From assembly GCA_018992685.1 (NCBI GenBank), contig JACVGT010000007.1, positions 1-64,000 of the forward strand: a DNA stretch of 64,000 bases, given 5' to 3'. Below are positions 46,852 through 57,062 of the stretch, one piece after another. The first letter of the stretch is position 1. Every line of letters starts with the position of its first letter. The DNA is from Theionarchaea archaeon. GTDB lineage: Archaea > Methanobacteriota_B > Thermococci > Methanofastidiosales > SZ-28-30. Position numbers and translations under genes: made by a program. The notes below the pieces were generated by a model. It saw nothing but the letters and a program-made list of their open reading frames with translations, was not told the origin of the DNA and ran no database searches.

Positions 46852-48237
46852 ATGAGAGGGCTTTTTGGGACCTCTGGGGTGCGTGGGCATACAACCAGTG
46901 AAATCACCCCACAACTGGCCATGGACATTGGAGGTGCAGTGGGTGCACTGATTGGAAGAGGAAAGAAGGCGTGCACAGGAAGAGATACGCGTTTCGGCTC
47001 ACACATGCTGGAGCTGGCCGCACGTTCTGGATTGATGTCCCAGGGAATTGATGTCACAGAATGTGGTGTGGTTCCCACTCCCGTCCTAGCTCACATGGTG
47101 AGAGAAGAAGCCGATTGCGGTATCATGATAACAGGGTCGCACCTCCCCCCAGACATGGTGGGAATTATACCCTTGTTGGAAGATGGGGCATATCTGCCTG
47201 ATCAACAGGCCAGACTTGTGGAGGAGAGCATTTTACACCGGACATTTCATAAAACCAGAGTTGGAAATATGGGACTTGGTGGGCTGTATGAGGTGGCAGA
47301 TTCTCTTTCCCGGTATAAAGAGAGACTCCTTTCTATGGTTGATGAAGATTCTATTGCTAAGAATGGATTTAAAGTGGCTGTTGACCCTGTAAATGGCACT
47401 GCCTGTGCGTTCCTGGCTGACATTCTAGGTTCCCTTGGATGTGAGGTTTCTGAAATAAATGGAGAACCTTCTGGAATTCCAGGCCGATCTCCTGAGCCCC
47501 GAGCCTCTACGCTCACCGATCTCTGTGCACTGGTAAAGGAGAGTTCATTTGACCTCGGTGTTGGATTGGATACAGATGCAGACCGTGTGGTCTTTGTCGA
47601 TGAAAAGGGAACCCCTGTATCAGAGGATGTCATGGGAGTGATTTTTGCAGACCATGTCTTTCATGAACAGAAGGGGATTCTTGTGACCCCAGTCAATTCG
47701 TCAGGTATTGTGGAATGGTTTGCCAGAACCAGAGATGTGAAGGTGGAATACTGCAAAATCGGGCAGCCTGCTACTGTGGAGGCTATAAGAAAGACTGGTG
47801 CAGCTTACAGCTATGAGGAATCAGGTAAATACTACTTTGCTGAAGAAGTGAACTGGTGTGACGGACTGCTGGCCACCCTGAAACTCCTGGAGATCCTTTC
47901 TCTCAATGATTCTACACTATCTCAGCTGGTGAATAGATACCCCCGGTTTTACCAGGTCAAACAGACTGTTGACCTTCTTCCGGAGAAGAAAGATGCAATC
48001 ATGTCTCTTATCGAGAACCGTGTGCAGCAGGTTTTGGGAGACAACCAATCACGGATCGTAGAGATTGACGGTTACAAACTGGTTTACCCTGATGATTCTT
48101 GGCTACTCTTGAGAGGGTCTGGTACGGAGCCAGTGCTCAGGATTTACTCTGACTCTCCAAACAGGAAAAGAGCTGAAACCCTGGTGAAGAGAGGAATAAC
48201 CCTTGTTAATAAAATCATGAACTCAAAGCTCGTCTGA
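46852..48237 (+). CDS. phosphohexomutase (PMM/PGM) family protein, candidate archaeal phosphopentomutase
   Basis: Four-domain alpha-D-phosphohexomutase architecture with active-site Ser loop ITGSHLPP. Sits directly downstream of deoC. SD GGGTGGAG. Confidence 0.75.
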   Translation: MRGLFGTSGVRGHTTSEITPQLAMDIGGAVGALIGRGKKACTGRDTRFGSHMLELAARSGLMSQGIDVTECGVVPTPVLAHMVREEADCGIMITGSHLPPDMVGIIPLLEDGAYLPDQQARLVEESILHRTFHKTRVGNMGLGGLYEVADSLSRYKERLLSMVDEDSIAKNGFKVAVDPVNGTACAFLADILGSLGCEVSEINGEPSGIPGRSPEPRASTLTDLCALVKESSFDLGVGLDTDADRVVFVDEKGTPVSEDVMGVIFADHVFHEQKGILVTPVNSSGIVEWFARTRDVKVEYCKIGQPATVEAIRKTGAAYSYEESGKYYFAEEVNWCDGLLATLKLLEILSLNDSTLSQLVNRYPRFYQVKQTVDLLPEKKDAIMSLIENRVQQVLGDNQSRIVEIDGYKLVYPDDSWLLLRGSGTEPVLRIYSDSPNRKRAETLVKRGITLVNKIMNSKLV

Positions 48238-48492
48238 TTCTTGCTATTGACTACGCAAGTCCTGTTAAGTACGACTTCGCTCCATGTCTCGCCACGAAAT
48301 GCCACAATACCCCTTCTTTCGGGATTCCCTGGGAATAGAAGTGGTCATTCCTTCTTGACCTTCTGCATTGCTGAAACGTCTCCCGTGGTGACTAGTTGTC
48401 TCAAGAACCATCTGGAAAGGAGCTATCAGCGTCTTGTCGTGTCCTGGAACTGAACGCCTCGTTCAACGCCCAGGCCTTTTTCTACTCCGATA

Positions 48493-48687
48493 TCATGGAT
48501 TTCTACACTTGTACTTCCTGTACAATCCGTATCCCACCAGAAGAGGAGCTCCCACAATGCAAACAGGGCATACTGCGCTTGCAGCCACTCCAGCTACCGC
48601 GACTGCGGTCAACCCCCCACCAGCTGCCAGATAGAGAGTTCCATCATCAGTAGGATCTTTCTTTTTTTCGAGCGATTCAGCTTCCAT
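48493..48687 (-). CDS. possible small membrane peptide
   Basis: 64 aa: acidic N-terminus then Gly/Ala-rich hydrophobic stretch with CPVC. Own TATA-like attataaagattatatga about 80-100 bp upstream. Weak evidence. Confidence 0.25.
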   Translation of the reverse strand: MEAESLEKKKDPTDDGTLYLAAGGGLTAVAVAGVAASAVCPVCIVGAPLLVGYGLYRKYKCRNP

Positions 48688-48904
48688 CTTTGTCTTTTTT
48701 TAAGCTGGTTTTTAAGTATTTCCCGAGAACGTCTGGAATAAACGAAAATTAGATATAGTCTCATATAATCTTTATAATATGTCTATAAGGGCAGATACTC
48801 TGAGTCGGCAGAGGCGACCAAGAGGGCTACAGGGTTTGTCGCAGGACAGGCCTTATCACACCCGCTACCTAATCCACATTTTCAACGAGAAGAACAAAAC
48901 GGAT

Positions 48905-49825
48905 CTATTTCTTTCCCTTCTCGTAGTGTTTCCCAAGAGCTGCCGGTGGTACAGCTCTCTTCACTGCTCCAGCCAAGACCAGAATAGTCAGAACATAGGG
49001 AATCATCTGAATGAACTGATTGGCAGCCACTGTCCCCTGCAATTTCATTTGCAGAGCATCAGTAAAACTGAAGAGAAGACTTGCTCCAAAGGCTCCTGCA
49101 GGGTTCCATTTGCCAAAGATGTTCGCCGCCAGAGCGATGAATCCTCTCCCTGCAGACATGTTTTGGCTGAACAGGTTCAACCATCCCAGGGACAGGTAGG
49201 CACCCCCCAACCCCGATAGCATGCCGCTGGCTGTTACAGATAAATACTGAATCCGGTGCACGTTGATTCCCACGGTATCTGCAGCCTCTGGGTGCTCACC
49301 TACTGCCCTAATTCTCAATCCCAGAGGAGTCCTAAACATGATGACCCAGGCAGCAACAACAATCACAATCATGATGTATACCAGAGGGTTTTGCTGGTCA
49401 AAGATATCCTTGAGGTAGGGAATGTCTCTGATCAGTGGGATGGACAAGGGCTTCAATCCGGAAACAGGGTCTGACGCTCCCCTATTTCCCCAGATGATCT
49501 GGAGCAACAGCGTGGTAAGCCCAAGAGAAAGAATATTCACTCCCACTCCACTGACGACCTGATTTGCTTTGAACTGGATACATAGTACCGCATGCAGCAA
49601 TCCAAAGGCCCCGCCTGCCAGGACTGCGCACAGCACACCGATCCAGGGATTTCCCAGAAAATGTGTGCCCACTACACCAGCAAAAGCACCCATCAGGATC
49701 ATGCCTTCCAGTCCGATATTAATGATACCACTGCGTTCTGAGTACGCGCCCCCGATGGAGGCCAGGGCAATAGGGGGAGATATCCTTAAGGTTGCACCCA
49801 GCAGTATGGCAATACTAGAAAGCAT
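48905..49825 (-). CDS. ABC transporter permease (BMP-family nucleoside uptake system, permease 2)
   Basis: Polytopic membrane protein. Start MLSSIAILLG at 49825 preceded by AGGAGGG. Confidence 0.8.
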   Translation of the reverse strand: MLSSIAILLGATLRISPPIALASIGGAYSERSGIINIGLEGMILMGAFAGVVGTHFLGNPWIGVLCAVLAGGAFGLLHAVLCIQFKANQVVSGVGVNILSLGLTTLLLQIIWGNRGASDPVSGLKPLSIPLIRDIPYLKDIFDQQNPLVYIMIVIVVAAWVIMFRTPLGLRIRAVGEHPEAADTVGINVHRIQYLSVTASGMLSGLGGAYLSLGWLNLFSQNMSAGRGFIALAANIFGKWNPAGAFGASLLFSFTDALQMKLQGTVAANQFIQMIPYVLTILVLAGAVKRAVPPAALGKHYEKGKK

Positions 49826-50894
49826 TGGCAATCCCTCCTTTCCTGATTTTCTTGAAGATTCTGAACATTTCAGGAGCTGCCACAAACAGTATCACGATAC
49901 CCTGGATCACCACCACCAGATCTGTGGGGACATTGGTCATCTGTTTCATGACCATCCCTCCGTTCCGCAGAGCACCAAACAGCAAAGCACCCAGTACTAC
50001 TCCCACAGGATGGTTTCTCCCCAGAACAGCAACAGCGATCCCGTCAAATCCGTACCCCGGGGAGAATCCGAAAATAAACCGTTTGTGCAGTCCCAGTACC
50101 TCGCCTGATCCACCCAGTCCTGCCAGCATTCCTGATATGAACATCGATATGATAATGCTTTTCTGGACACTTATCCCCCCGTATTCTGCAGCTGTGGGGT
50201 TGAGTCCTACTGCTCTGATTTCGTATCCCAGGGTAGTCCTATACAGAATATAGTACGTGACACCGACGCAAATGAGAGCCACGATTATGGCTGCTGATAA
50301 CTGGGTGGAGGGTACCAACCGTGGAAGCTGGGCTGATGGTGTAACAACATCAGTCTGAGCAATCCATCCTTCAGCCTTCAAAGGATAGTTGGCCAGATAG
50401 TTGCACAGGAGCACACCGATGTAATTCATCATAATGGTGGTAATCACTTCATGGGCACCCACCCTGGCTTTCAACACACTGGGCACCAGAGACCATGCAC
50501 CACCTGCAAGGGCCCCGGCTCCCAGGGCCAAAGGAATGTGAAAGAACCAGGGAAGCCAGGCAAAGTTGATCCCTACCACGGCAGCAGTAATGGCCCCAAC
50601 GTACAGTTGTCCCTCACCACCAATGTTGAATAACCCACATCGAAAGGCGAAGGCCACGGTCAGCCCTGTAAAGATGAGGGGTGTTGCCCTTGTGAGGGTC
50701 TGGGCAAAATCATACGTACTGCCGAATGCACCTTCGTACAGTGCCTTGTATGCCTCAAGAGGCGATGAGCCTGCAAGATATACAATCACTGCTCCCACCA
50801 AAAGGGCAGCAATAACAGCAATGATTGAGATAAAAATGTCCATCAGACTTTCTTTTTGAATAACCTGAGTTATTTTTATTAATCGTGGATTCAT
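49815..50894 (-). CDS. ABC transporter permease (BMP-family system, permease 1)
   Basis: 359-aa polytopic membrane protein. Start overlaps the ATPase stop by ATGA. Confidence 0.8.
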   Translation of the reverse strand: MNPRLIKITQVIQKESLMDIFISIIAVIAALLVGAVIVYLAGSSPLEAYKALYEGAFGSTYDFAQTLTRATPLIFTGLTVAFAFRCGLFNIGGEGQLYVGAITAAVVGINFAWLPWFFHIPLALGAGALAGGAWSLVPSVLKARVGAHEVITTIMMNYIGVLLCNYLANYPLKAEGWIAQTDVVTPSAQLPRLVPSTQLSAAIIVALICVGVTYYILYRTTLGYEIRAVGLNPTAAEYGGISVQKSIIISMFISGMLAGLGGSGEVLGLHKRFIFGFSPGYGFDGIAVAVLGRNHPVGVVLGALLFGALRNGGMVMKQMTNVPTDLVVVIQGIVILFVAAPEMFRIFKKIRKGGIANAF

Positions 50895-52420
50895 GCGTGT
50901 CCACCTGCCATCAATAATCCCAGTTCTTCTTCAGTGGTCTTCTGAGGATCTCGCTCTCCCACAATTTTCCCTTCGTAGATGACAGCGATCCTGTCAGAGA
51001 GACAGCGAACCTCATCTAAATCTGCAGAAATGAGAAGTATGGCCTTGTCCTTTTTCCTCATGCTGAGAAGGGTTTCATGGATGAACTCGATTGCGCCCAC
51101 GTCGAGACCTCTGGTAGGCTGTGAAGCGATAATAATCTCGGGCTCTCTTCCCAGTTCTCTGGCCACAATCACTTTCTGCTGGTTTCCACCTGACAGATAT
51201 TTGACCTCACTGTGTACCCCAGTTCCTCTAATGTCAAAGGTCTCCACCAGCTCGGACGCATATGAATCCACCTTATCATATTCCATTCTGAACCCGCGGG
51301 AAAAAGGAGCCTTAAAGTGGGATCCCAGTATCAGATTCTCGGATAGAGAGAAATCCTGGATGAGCCCTCTCTTCTGGCGATCTTCAGGGATGTGGGATAC
51401 TCCTGCGTTGATGAAGTCCCTCGGGGAGGAATGTGTTAGATCTTCCCCGTTTACAAGAATCTTCCCCCCGCTTGGGCTTCGCAGTCCCGTTGCCGTTTCT
51501 GCCAGTTCCAACTGGCCATTGCCTTCAACTCCCGCAATGCCAAGAATCTCACCTTTCCGCAGTTCCAATGTTATCCCCTGTAGGGCTTTCACTCCTCTCT
51601 CATTGTATGCTTCCAGGTTCTGCATCTGCATCACAGCCCCCTTTGGGGGGTGAGGAGGTTTTTCCACTACCAGGCAGACTTCTCTGCCCACCATCATTCT
51701 TGCCAGACTGGCAACATCTGTTTCCCCGGTGTGAACTGTTCCCACCAGTTGTCCTTTTCTCAGCACGGTGATGCGGTCACAGGTCGCCATGGGTTCCTTC
51801 AGTTTGTGGGTGATGAAAATGATAGTCTTTCCTTCTTCTTTTAACGATTTCATAACTTTGAACAGTTCTTCCCCTTCTTGTGGGGTCAAGACTGCTGTTG
51901 GTTCATCCAGAATGAGAATTTCAGCTCCCCGGTACAATGCTTTCAGAATCTCTACTCGCTGTTCAATGCCTACTGATATATCCTGGATCTTGGCTCTGGG
52001 GTCTACAGCAAGACCATACCGTTTTGAGATTTCTTCAACATCTCGTGCTGCCTTTTCTCTGTCCATGAGGAAATGAGTCTCCGGCTCAACACCCAGGACA
52101 ACGTTCTCAGCCACAGTGAAGGGAGGCACTAACATGAAGTGCTGGTGGATCATGCCAATACCCAGTGAGATCGCATCATTGGGATTTGTTATCGCAGTGG
52201 GCTTACCATTAACAGAAATTTCACCAGAATCAGGCTGGTATAGCCCATACAAGACGTTCATTAACGTGGTCTTTCCCGCACCGTTTTCTCCAAGAAGAGC
52301 ATGAATTTCTCCTTTTCTAACTGAAAAAGTAATATCGTCATTCGCCAGAACACCAGGGAAGCGCTTGGTTATGTGTTGCATCTCCACAGCATTGATGGGT
52401 TCTGCATTCATTGCCATCAT
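50891..52420 (-). CDS. ABC transporter ATP-binding protein with duplicated NBDs (sugar/nucleoside importer type)
   Basis: Two Walker A motifs (GENGAGKTT, GVEGNGQLE-type) and two LSGG signatures in about 510 aa. The ORF is open from GTG 52489; I chose ATG 52420. Confidence 0.85.
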   Translation of the reverse strand: MMAMNAEPINAVEMQHITKRFPGVLANDDITFSVRKGEIHALLGENGAGKTTLMNVLYGLYQPDSGEISVNGKPTAITNPNDAISLGIGMIHQHFMLVPPFTVAENVVLGVEPETHFLMDREKAARDVEEISKRYGLAVDPRAKIQDISVGIEQRVEILKALYRGAEILILDEPTAVLTPQEGEELFKVMKSLKEEGKTIIFITHKLKEPMATCDRITVLRKGQLVGTVHTGETDVASLARMMVGREVCLVVEKPPHPPKGAVMQMQNLEAYNERGVKALQGITLELRKGEILGIAGVEGNGQLELAETATGLRSPSGGKILVNGEDLTHSSPRDFINAGVSHIPEDRQKRGLIQDFSLSENLILGSHFKAPFSRGFRMEYDKVDSYASELVETFDIRGTGVHSEVKYLSGGNQQKVIVARELGREPEIIIASQPTRGLDVGAIEFIHETLLSMRKKDKAILLISADLDEVRCLSDRIAVIYEGKIVGERDPQKTTEEELGLLMAGGHA

Positions 52421-52534
52421 AAGCGTATTTCCCTTAAAAAGGCTACCGGTTGCATCTCTGGTGGCAGTATTTGATGGGCGAATTCTCACGATAACAGCTT
52501 AGGCAGTTCCTGCAAAATCAGACACCTCGCCCCT

Positions 52535-54379
52535 CTACTTCCTCATGGCTGTCTTTCTTTCATGATTTTCGGTTCTAGCCTCTGCCCCTGGCACTCTTTT
52601 GTCTGCTCTCAGCACTGAGATGATGTTCTCGAGAGACTGGTCATAGTACAATACGCCCCTTTCTCTGAGAATCTCCAGTATGTGCAAAAGCTCTTTCTCC
52701 TCCAGATGGGAAAAGTGTTGCTGTACCTGGGTGAATGACGTTATGCTGTCACAGAAAACTAGAAGGTCGGTCTCGTCTCTGCTAAAGGTACAGGAAAGAG
52801 ACCTTGATCCTTTTTCCTTAAAGGCAGAACAATCGGGATATTCTGTCCACTGATAATCGCTTCCAGCCCGGGAATAAAACTGCAGAAGTCTTTGAAAGGT
52901 GTTCCACAAAAGGTAGTGGCGAATTCTCCCTGCAAAGAATCCAAAGAATTCAAATCGTTCCCCCTCTGGCAGCTGCAAGACAGATGCGATTTCTGCCCAC
53001 ATGGGGTCTTTGTTGTAGGCATCCCTTTCATGTTCTGACATCTCATTGTAATATGGTGATCCCTTGTACAGTGTGAAGTACTTGGGGACAATGGAATACT
53101 TCCTCAGGAAGAATCTCAGAAATCTCAAGTTCACACAACTCTCCAGGACGTCTTCCTCAGTTTCAGGTGGCGTCTCTGCTACAAAATTCCCTTTGATCTC
53201 GAGGTTGTGTTGATCCCCGAGCTTGAGAGCCTGTATATTGTGGGCAAAAGAGTGTCTCTTTTCCATTTTCTTCAAGAGAGCATCAGTCATTGCTTCAAAT
53301 CCGATCTGCACGATTTCAAAACAAACCTTTTTCATGGCACGTGCTGTATCGGGGTTGATGAAGATTGGAGATGCTTCTGCAAAAAGGCGGTAGGGACGTC
53401 CTCTTCTTTCAGAACTTTCCACAATCAGGGCAAGCAGATGGTGGAATCGCTTCTTGTTACCGGGGAGTTCAGTATCTACAAATACGAATGTGTCACCACC
53501 GTGTCTCTTGGACTGGAATTCCAGTTCTTCGACAATGTTCTCAGGAGATCGAGCCCGATATGAGAATTCCTCATTCAGAACGCAAAATTTGCACCTGTTC
53601 CAGGGGCAGGAGCGCGACCCCCAAATGGGGATGATGACCCGCATGTCTTCATGAATGTGGGTTTTCAGTGCCGCAAAATAGTCTGTGTGGTCTGCAAATG
53701 GGTATGAATCCAGATCACAGCTTTCAGAATGCTTGTTTGTTGAGATGATGGCGGCACCATCCCGGTACACCAGATGAGGGATCTCGGTGAACGTTCCCTC
53801 TCGTATCCCCTGAATCAGATGAACCAAAGGGTATTCTCCCTCCCCCCATACAGCGTAGTCAGCCAGCTCAAATACCTTCATAAAGGCGTGAGCCTGTTCA
53901 TCATTGCGAATCCCTCCAATGACGATCTGTATTTCGGGGTTTAATTCTTTCAGTCGCCTCATTACATAAGAGCTCAGAAGCCACTGGTAGGTCTTTAGAG
54001 TAAATCCCGCCAGAGGTTCTTTGTAGAGGCCATTTTGGTATATGTAGTCATCGATTTTTGTTCGAAGTGTGTCTACAAAGGGAGGTATTTTCCCCTGATC
54101 AAAAAAGGGTGAAAAATACTGGTCGAGAACAGTCGTCTCGTGATGGGCACCTGAGAGATGTCTCACTGTATACAGAACGGGAGTATTAAGAGAGGACAAG
54201 GATGAAAACACAGGATAGTCCCCAATGTGATCCTGGAGTTCTGACAGCTCCTCAGCAAGTATTAGATTCCAGTAGATATTTGTCACAGAGATTCCCCTTG
54301 ATTGCAGGAACCCTTTCAGATATCCCAAAGCAGGATTGGGAATATCGTAACTGTAGGGGGGCAAACAGTTTAGTATCAT
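52535..54379 (-). CDS. B12-binding-domain radical SAM protein (class B), with atypical Cx4Cx2C cluster motif and ~150-aa C-terminal extension
   Basis: N-terminal Rossmann-like cobalamin-binding region (MILNCLPPYSYDIPNPALGYLKGFL). Radical SAM core with GSRSCPWNRCKFC. Start overlaps the upstream gene's stop by ATGA. Confidence 0.8.
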   Translation of the reverse strand: MILNCLPPYSYDIPNPALGYLKGFLQSRGISVTNIYWNLILAEELSELQDHIGDYPVFSSLSSLNTPVLYTVRHLSGAHHETTVLDQYFSPFFDQGKIPPFVDTLRTKIDDYIYQNGLYKEPLAGFTLKTYQWLLSSYVMRRLKELNPEIQIVIGGIRNDEQAHAFMKVFELADYAVWGEGEYPLVHLIQGIREGTFTEIPHLVYRDGAAIISTNKHSESCDLDSYPFADHTDYFAALKTHIHEDMRVIIPIWGSRSCPWNRCKFCVLNEEFSYRARSPENIVEELEFQSKRHGGDTFVFVDTELPGNKKRFHHLLALIVESSERRGRPYRLFAEASPIFINPDTARAMKKVCFEIVQIGFEAMTDALLKKMEKRHSFAHNIQALKLGDQHNLEIKGNFVAETPPETEEDVLESCVNLRFLRFFLRKYSIVPKYFTLYKGSPYYNEMSEHERDAYNKDPMWAEIASVLQLPEGERFEFFGFFAGRIRHYLLWNTFQRLLQFYSRAGSDYQWTEYPDCSAFKEKGSRSLSCTFSRDETDLLVFCDSITSFTQVQQHFSHLEEKELLHILEILRERGVLYYDQSLENIISVLRADKRVPGAEARTENHERKTAMRK

Positions 54380-55713
54380 TCATGGGCCTCCTTTTGCTTA
54401 CTGACATATGTTTTCACCTGTGGCAGCCCGAAAACCTGCCTGGTAAAATCCACGGTGAAACAGCCAGGAGCATCCAGTGTTCCTTTCTCTCTCAATGCAA
54501 TGGCAGGGCATCCCCCCATACACCGGGGAAGCATGACGCAGGCTTTACACTCAGTAATGGCCAGGGGGTTGCGGGCCATCCACGAGTAGTATGCAGGTGT
54601 TTTGTCCAGAGAACCACGAGAGTTCAGAGACCCCACAGCATGGCGGGTGTCTCCTACCAAAGACATGCACTTGTAGACACGGCCATCCACATTGATGATG
54701 TGAAACCAATCAGTAATACCAGCACACAAGGAAAAGTACACACCAATTCCAAAAGGGAGTGTGGTGAATCCTTTGTGAGCAGCCATTTCCATGACTTCAC
54801 TGAAGAGATCTGAAGTCCCCGGATATCCGTAAGAACTGTAGTAGTGGGTACAGTAATCCATGCGGGGAGTAACCGTCCCAAAGTAGGTATGGGCCTTCTC
54901 AAGGCCAGCTTCTCTCAACATTTCAAGAAAGGTAATGATATTGTCTTCCCATACGTTAATTCGCATAATCAGATTCATGCCATGATCTTCAACACATTGG
55001 GCACCCTCTACCACTGATTGCAGGCTGCTTGTCTCATCAGGGAAAACCCTCCTGGTGTGGTGGTAGTACTCAGGTGCATCAAAAGTGATATGAATATCTG
55101 CTACCGTGAACTGTGAGAGGTTGTCGAGTCCTTCAGGAGTAAGGAGAGTTCCATTGGTGAAGAGCTTGATGAGGAGAGAAATACCTGCTTCACTACATGC
55201 CTCTTGCAGGGTTTCAGTAAGAGAGGTTATGCACTCTTGATTCAAGAGTGGTTCTCCTCCGTAAAGACTCACAAAGAGCGTGTCAATGCCTCGTACGATC
55301 TGATTCTCAGCAAAGGTTACCCCTCTTTCTGCTACCTTCTTGCTCATATGCCCAGTGCAGGCAGAAGAATTCCTGTAGCAGTACCTACAGTTCAAGTTGC
55401 ATTCGTGCGTGACAATGAAGTTCAAGAATGCAACTCTCCCAAGAGGAGAGCCCCGATATCCTGTAGAGGGGAGGCACCACTTCTTCTGTTCCAAGGAAGC
55501 CTGTATCAAGTTCATCTCTTGACCGGTGTCCTCTATGAGAAGTCCCTGCTTTGATAGTGCTTCAATAATCTCAGGGGAGCCTTTTCCGGTCATGAGGACG
55601 TCATACATTTCAGAATCAATCACTGTGAGAGACCCGTTCAATGTATTGTATACAAGGAAATCCTCTCTAAATGGGATAATAAAGCAGTACTGTGATCTCT
55701 GCATAATAATCAA
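54376..55713 (-). CDS. radical SAM/SPASM-domain peptide-modifying enzyme (anSME-like), paralog 2
   Basis: ~95-aa N-terminal domain (FIIPFREDFLVYNTLNGSLTVID). CNLNCRYC (Cx3Cx2C). GGEPLL. C-terminal SPASM cysteines (CKACVMLPRCMGGCPA). ATGA overlap with the upstream gene. Confidence 0.85.
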   Translation of the reverse strand: MIIMQRSQYCFIIPFREDFLVYNTLNGSLTVIDSEMYDVLMTGKGSPEIIEALSKQGLLIEDTGQEMNLIQASLEQKKWCLPSTGYRGSPLGRVAFLNFIVTHECNLNCRYCYRNSSACTGHMSKKVAERGVTFAENQIVRGIDTLFVSLYGGEPLLNQECITSLTETLQEACSEAGISLLIKLFTNGTLLTPEGLDNLSQFTVADIHITFDAPEYYHHTRRVFPDETSSLQSVVEGAQCVEDHGMNLIMRINVWEDNIITFLEMLREAGLEKAHTYFGTVTPRMDYCTHYYSSYGYPGTSDLFSEVMEMAAHKGFTTLPFGIGVYFSLCAGITDWFHIINVDGRVYKCMSLVGDTRHAVGSLNSRGSLDKTPAYYSWMARNPLAITECKACVMLPRCMGGCPAIALREKGTLDAPGCFTVDFTRQVFGLPQVKTYVSKQKEAHE

Positions 55714-57053
55714 ACCCAGATGATCTTTCCCGCCTTGAACCGGTCAGGAAGCTTCTTTTCGAGGTACCAACGAAGCTGATGTTTCATTTCCTGGTACGGT
55801 GCATAGCATCCAACTGCGTGGAATGTCCCATGCTTTTCATATGCAACAGCAGCACATCCTCCCCCACATGAGGGTAGCATCTGGCACTCACGACATTCCG
55901 GTATCTGCAGGGGGTCTCTGCTCATCCAGTCGTAGTAGGTCCATGTATACTCTGGTATGGTACCGTCTTCTGAAATATGACCAATGGAATGGTTTTTCTG
56001 CCCCACGAAGGTGAGACACTTGTAAAGATCTGCATGAGGATCTATGATGAAGGTTCCTTCCCCTAGGAATCCACAAAAGACGTGAGCTGGCTTGTGGGTG
56101 CGAATGACAGCAGCCGCTTGACCTTTTTGATCCACAATATCTCTGAATTCAGCAAGTACCTCACGGGCTTCTTCCTCTTTAATGCACTTGGAGTAGTCCT
56201 TACATGCTTGAGTTGATGCCCCCACTGTACCACAGCGCACAGGGACATTCTTGAATCCCCTCTCCTGAAGCTCGTCCAGCAGCTCACCGATGAACGGTCT
56301 GCTTTCAGAATCCACGTTCACCCTAAAGCTCACTCCGACGTTTTGGTCCTGCAGAATGTGAGCTGATTGCATCATGTCATCAAAGGTACCTCCTCCACTC
56401 TTGTAGAATCGTTTGGTGTCGTGGATGCGTTTGGGACCATCCAGCGTGATCTGTACGTAGTCTGTGTGGTAGCGCTTCAACGTTTCAGCTATTTCAGGTG
56501 TGACCAGAGTACCATTTGTCACCATCATTGTCACGTATGAGATGCCGTGGTCTTCTGCCCAGGAAAAGCAGGAATCCATAATGTACTCAGAATCGTCGAA
56601 TCTGAGCAGTGGTTCACCACCATACAGCGACACAGAAAATTCCCGCGCGTGAGTGTCTTCCACGTATTTCTTTATGAATTTCACAGTTCTTTCCCTGGTG
56701 TCAGCATTCATTGTCCCGCGGAATAGCTCTCCTTTTCCTTCATAGCAGTATGGACATGCTAGATTGCAGGCATATGTCGTTATGAGCATGAAATGGGGAA
56801 AATCCACCGTGTATTTCCTGTATTCATATCCTACCTTGAATTTTCGAGATTCATCAAAATCATCTTCTATGATTACCTTGAGCGCTGCAAGAGATTTGAA
56901 CAAGTCAGAATCCAGAATGTCAATATTCCCGGCTTTCAAAGCTTCCTTCAGCTCTTCATCTATTCCTATTACTGCACCACTCATCATGTTGGCCAACAGG
57001 TATTCTCCAGGAGTCTCTGTGGGGATAACTATGTTGAAGTTTGACACTTTCAT
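55710..57053 (-). CDS. radical SAM/SPASM-domain peptide-modifying enzyme (anSME-like), paralog 1
   Basis: N-terminal RRE-like segment (NIVIPTETPGEYLLANMMSGAVIGID). CNLACPYC. GGEPLL. C-terminal CRECQMLPSCGGGCAA SPASM cysteines. ATG 57053 preceded by GAGGTGA; the ORF track begins at GTG 57062. Confidence 0.85.
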   Translation of the reverse strand: MKVSNFNIVIPTETPGEYLLANMMSGAVIGIDEELKEALKAGNIDILDSDLFKSLAALKVIIEDDFDESRKFKVGYEYRKYTVDFPHFMLITTYACNLACPYCYEGKGELFRGTMNADTRERTVKFIKKYVEDTHAREFSVSLYGGEPLLRFDDSEYIMDSCFSWAEDHGISYVTMMVTNGTLVTPEIAETLKRYHTDYVQITLDGPKRIHDTKRFYKSGGGTFDDMMQSAHILQDQNVGVSFRVNVDSESRPFIGELLDELQERGFKNVPVRCGTVGASTQACKDYSKCIKEEEAREVLAEFRDIVDQKGQAAAVIRTHKPAHVFCGFLGEGTFIIDPHADLYKCLTFVGQKNHSIGHISEDGTIPEYTWTYYDWMSRDPLQIPECRECQMLPSCGGGCAAVAYEKHGTFHAVGCYAPYQEMKHQLRWYLEKKLPDRFKAGKIIWV

Positions 57054-57062
57054 GAGGTTCAC

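Noticed and set aside
54376-57053. Interpretation of the two SPASM enzymes as anaerobic sulfatase-maturating enzymes
   Set aside because: No sulfatase gene or C/S-x-P-x-R protein substrate in the window. The enzymes are paralogs arranged with a short Cys-rich ORF, which is more consistent with peptide maturation. It cannot be fully excluded without the whole genome.
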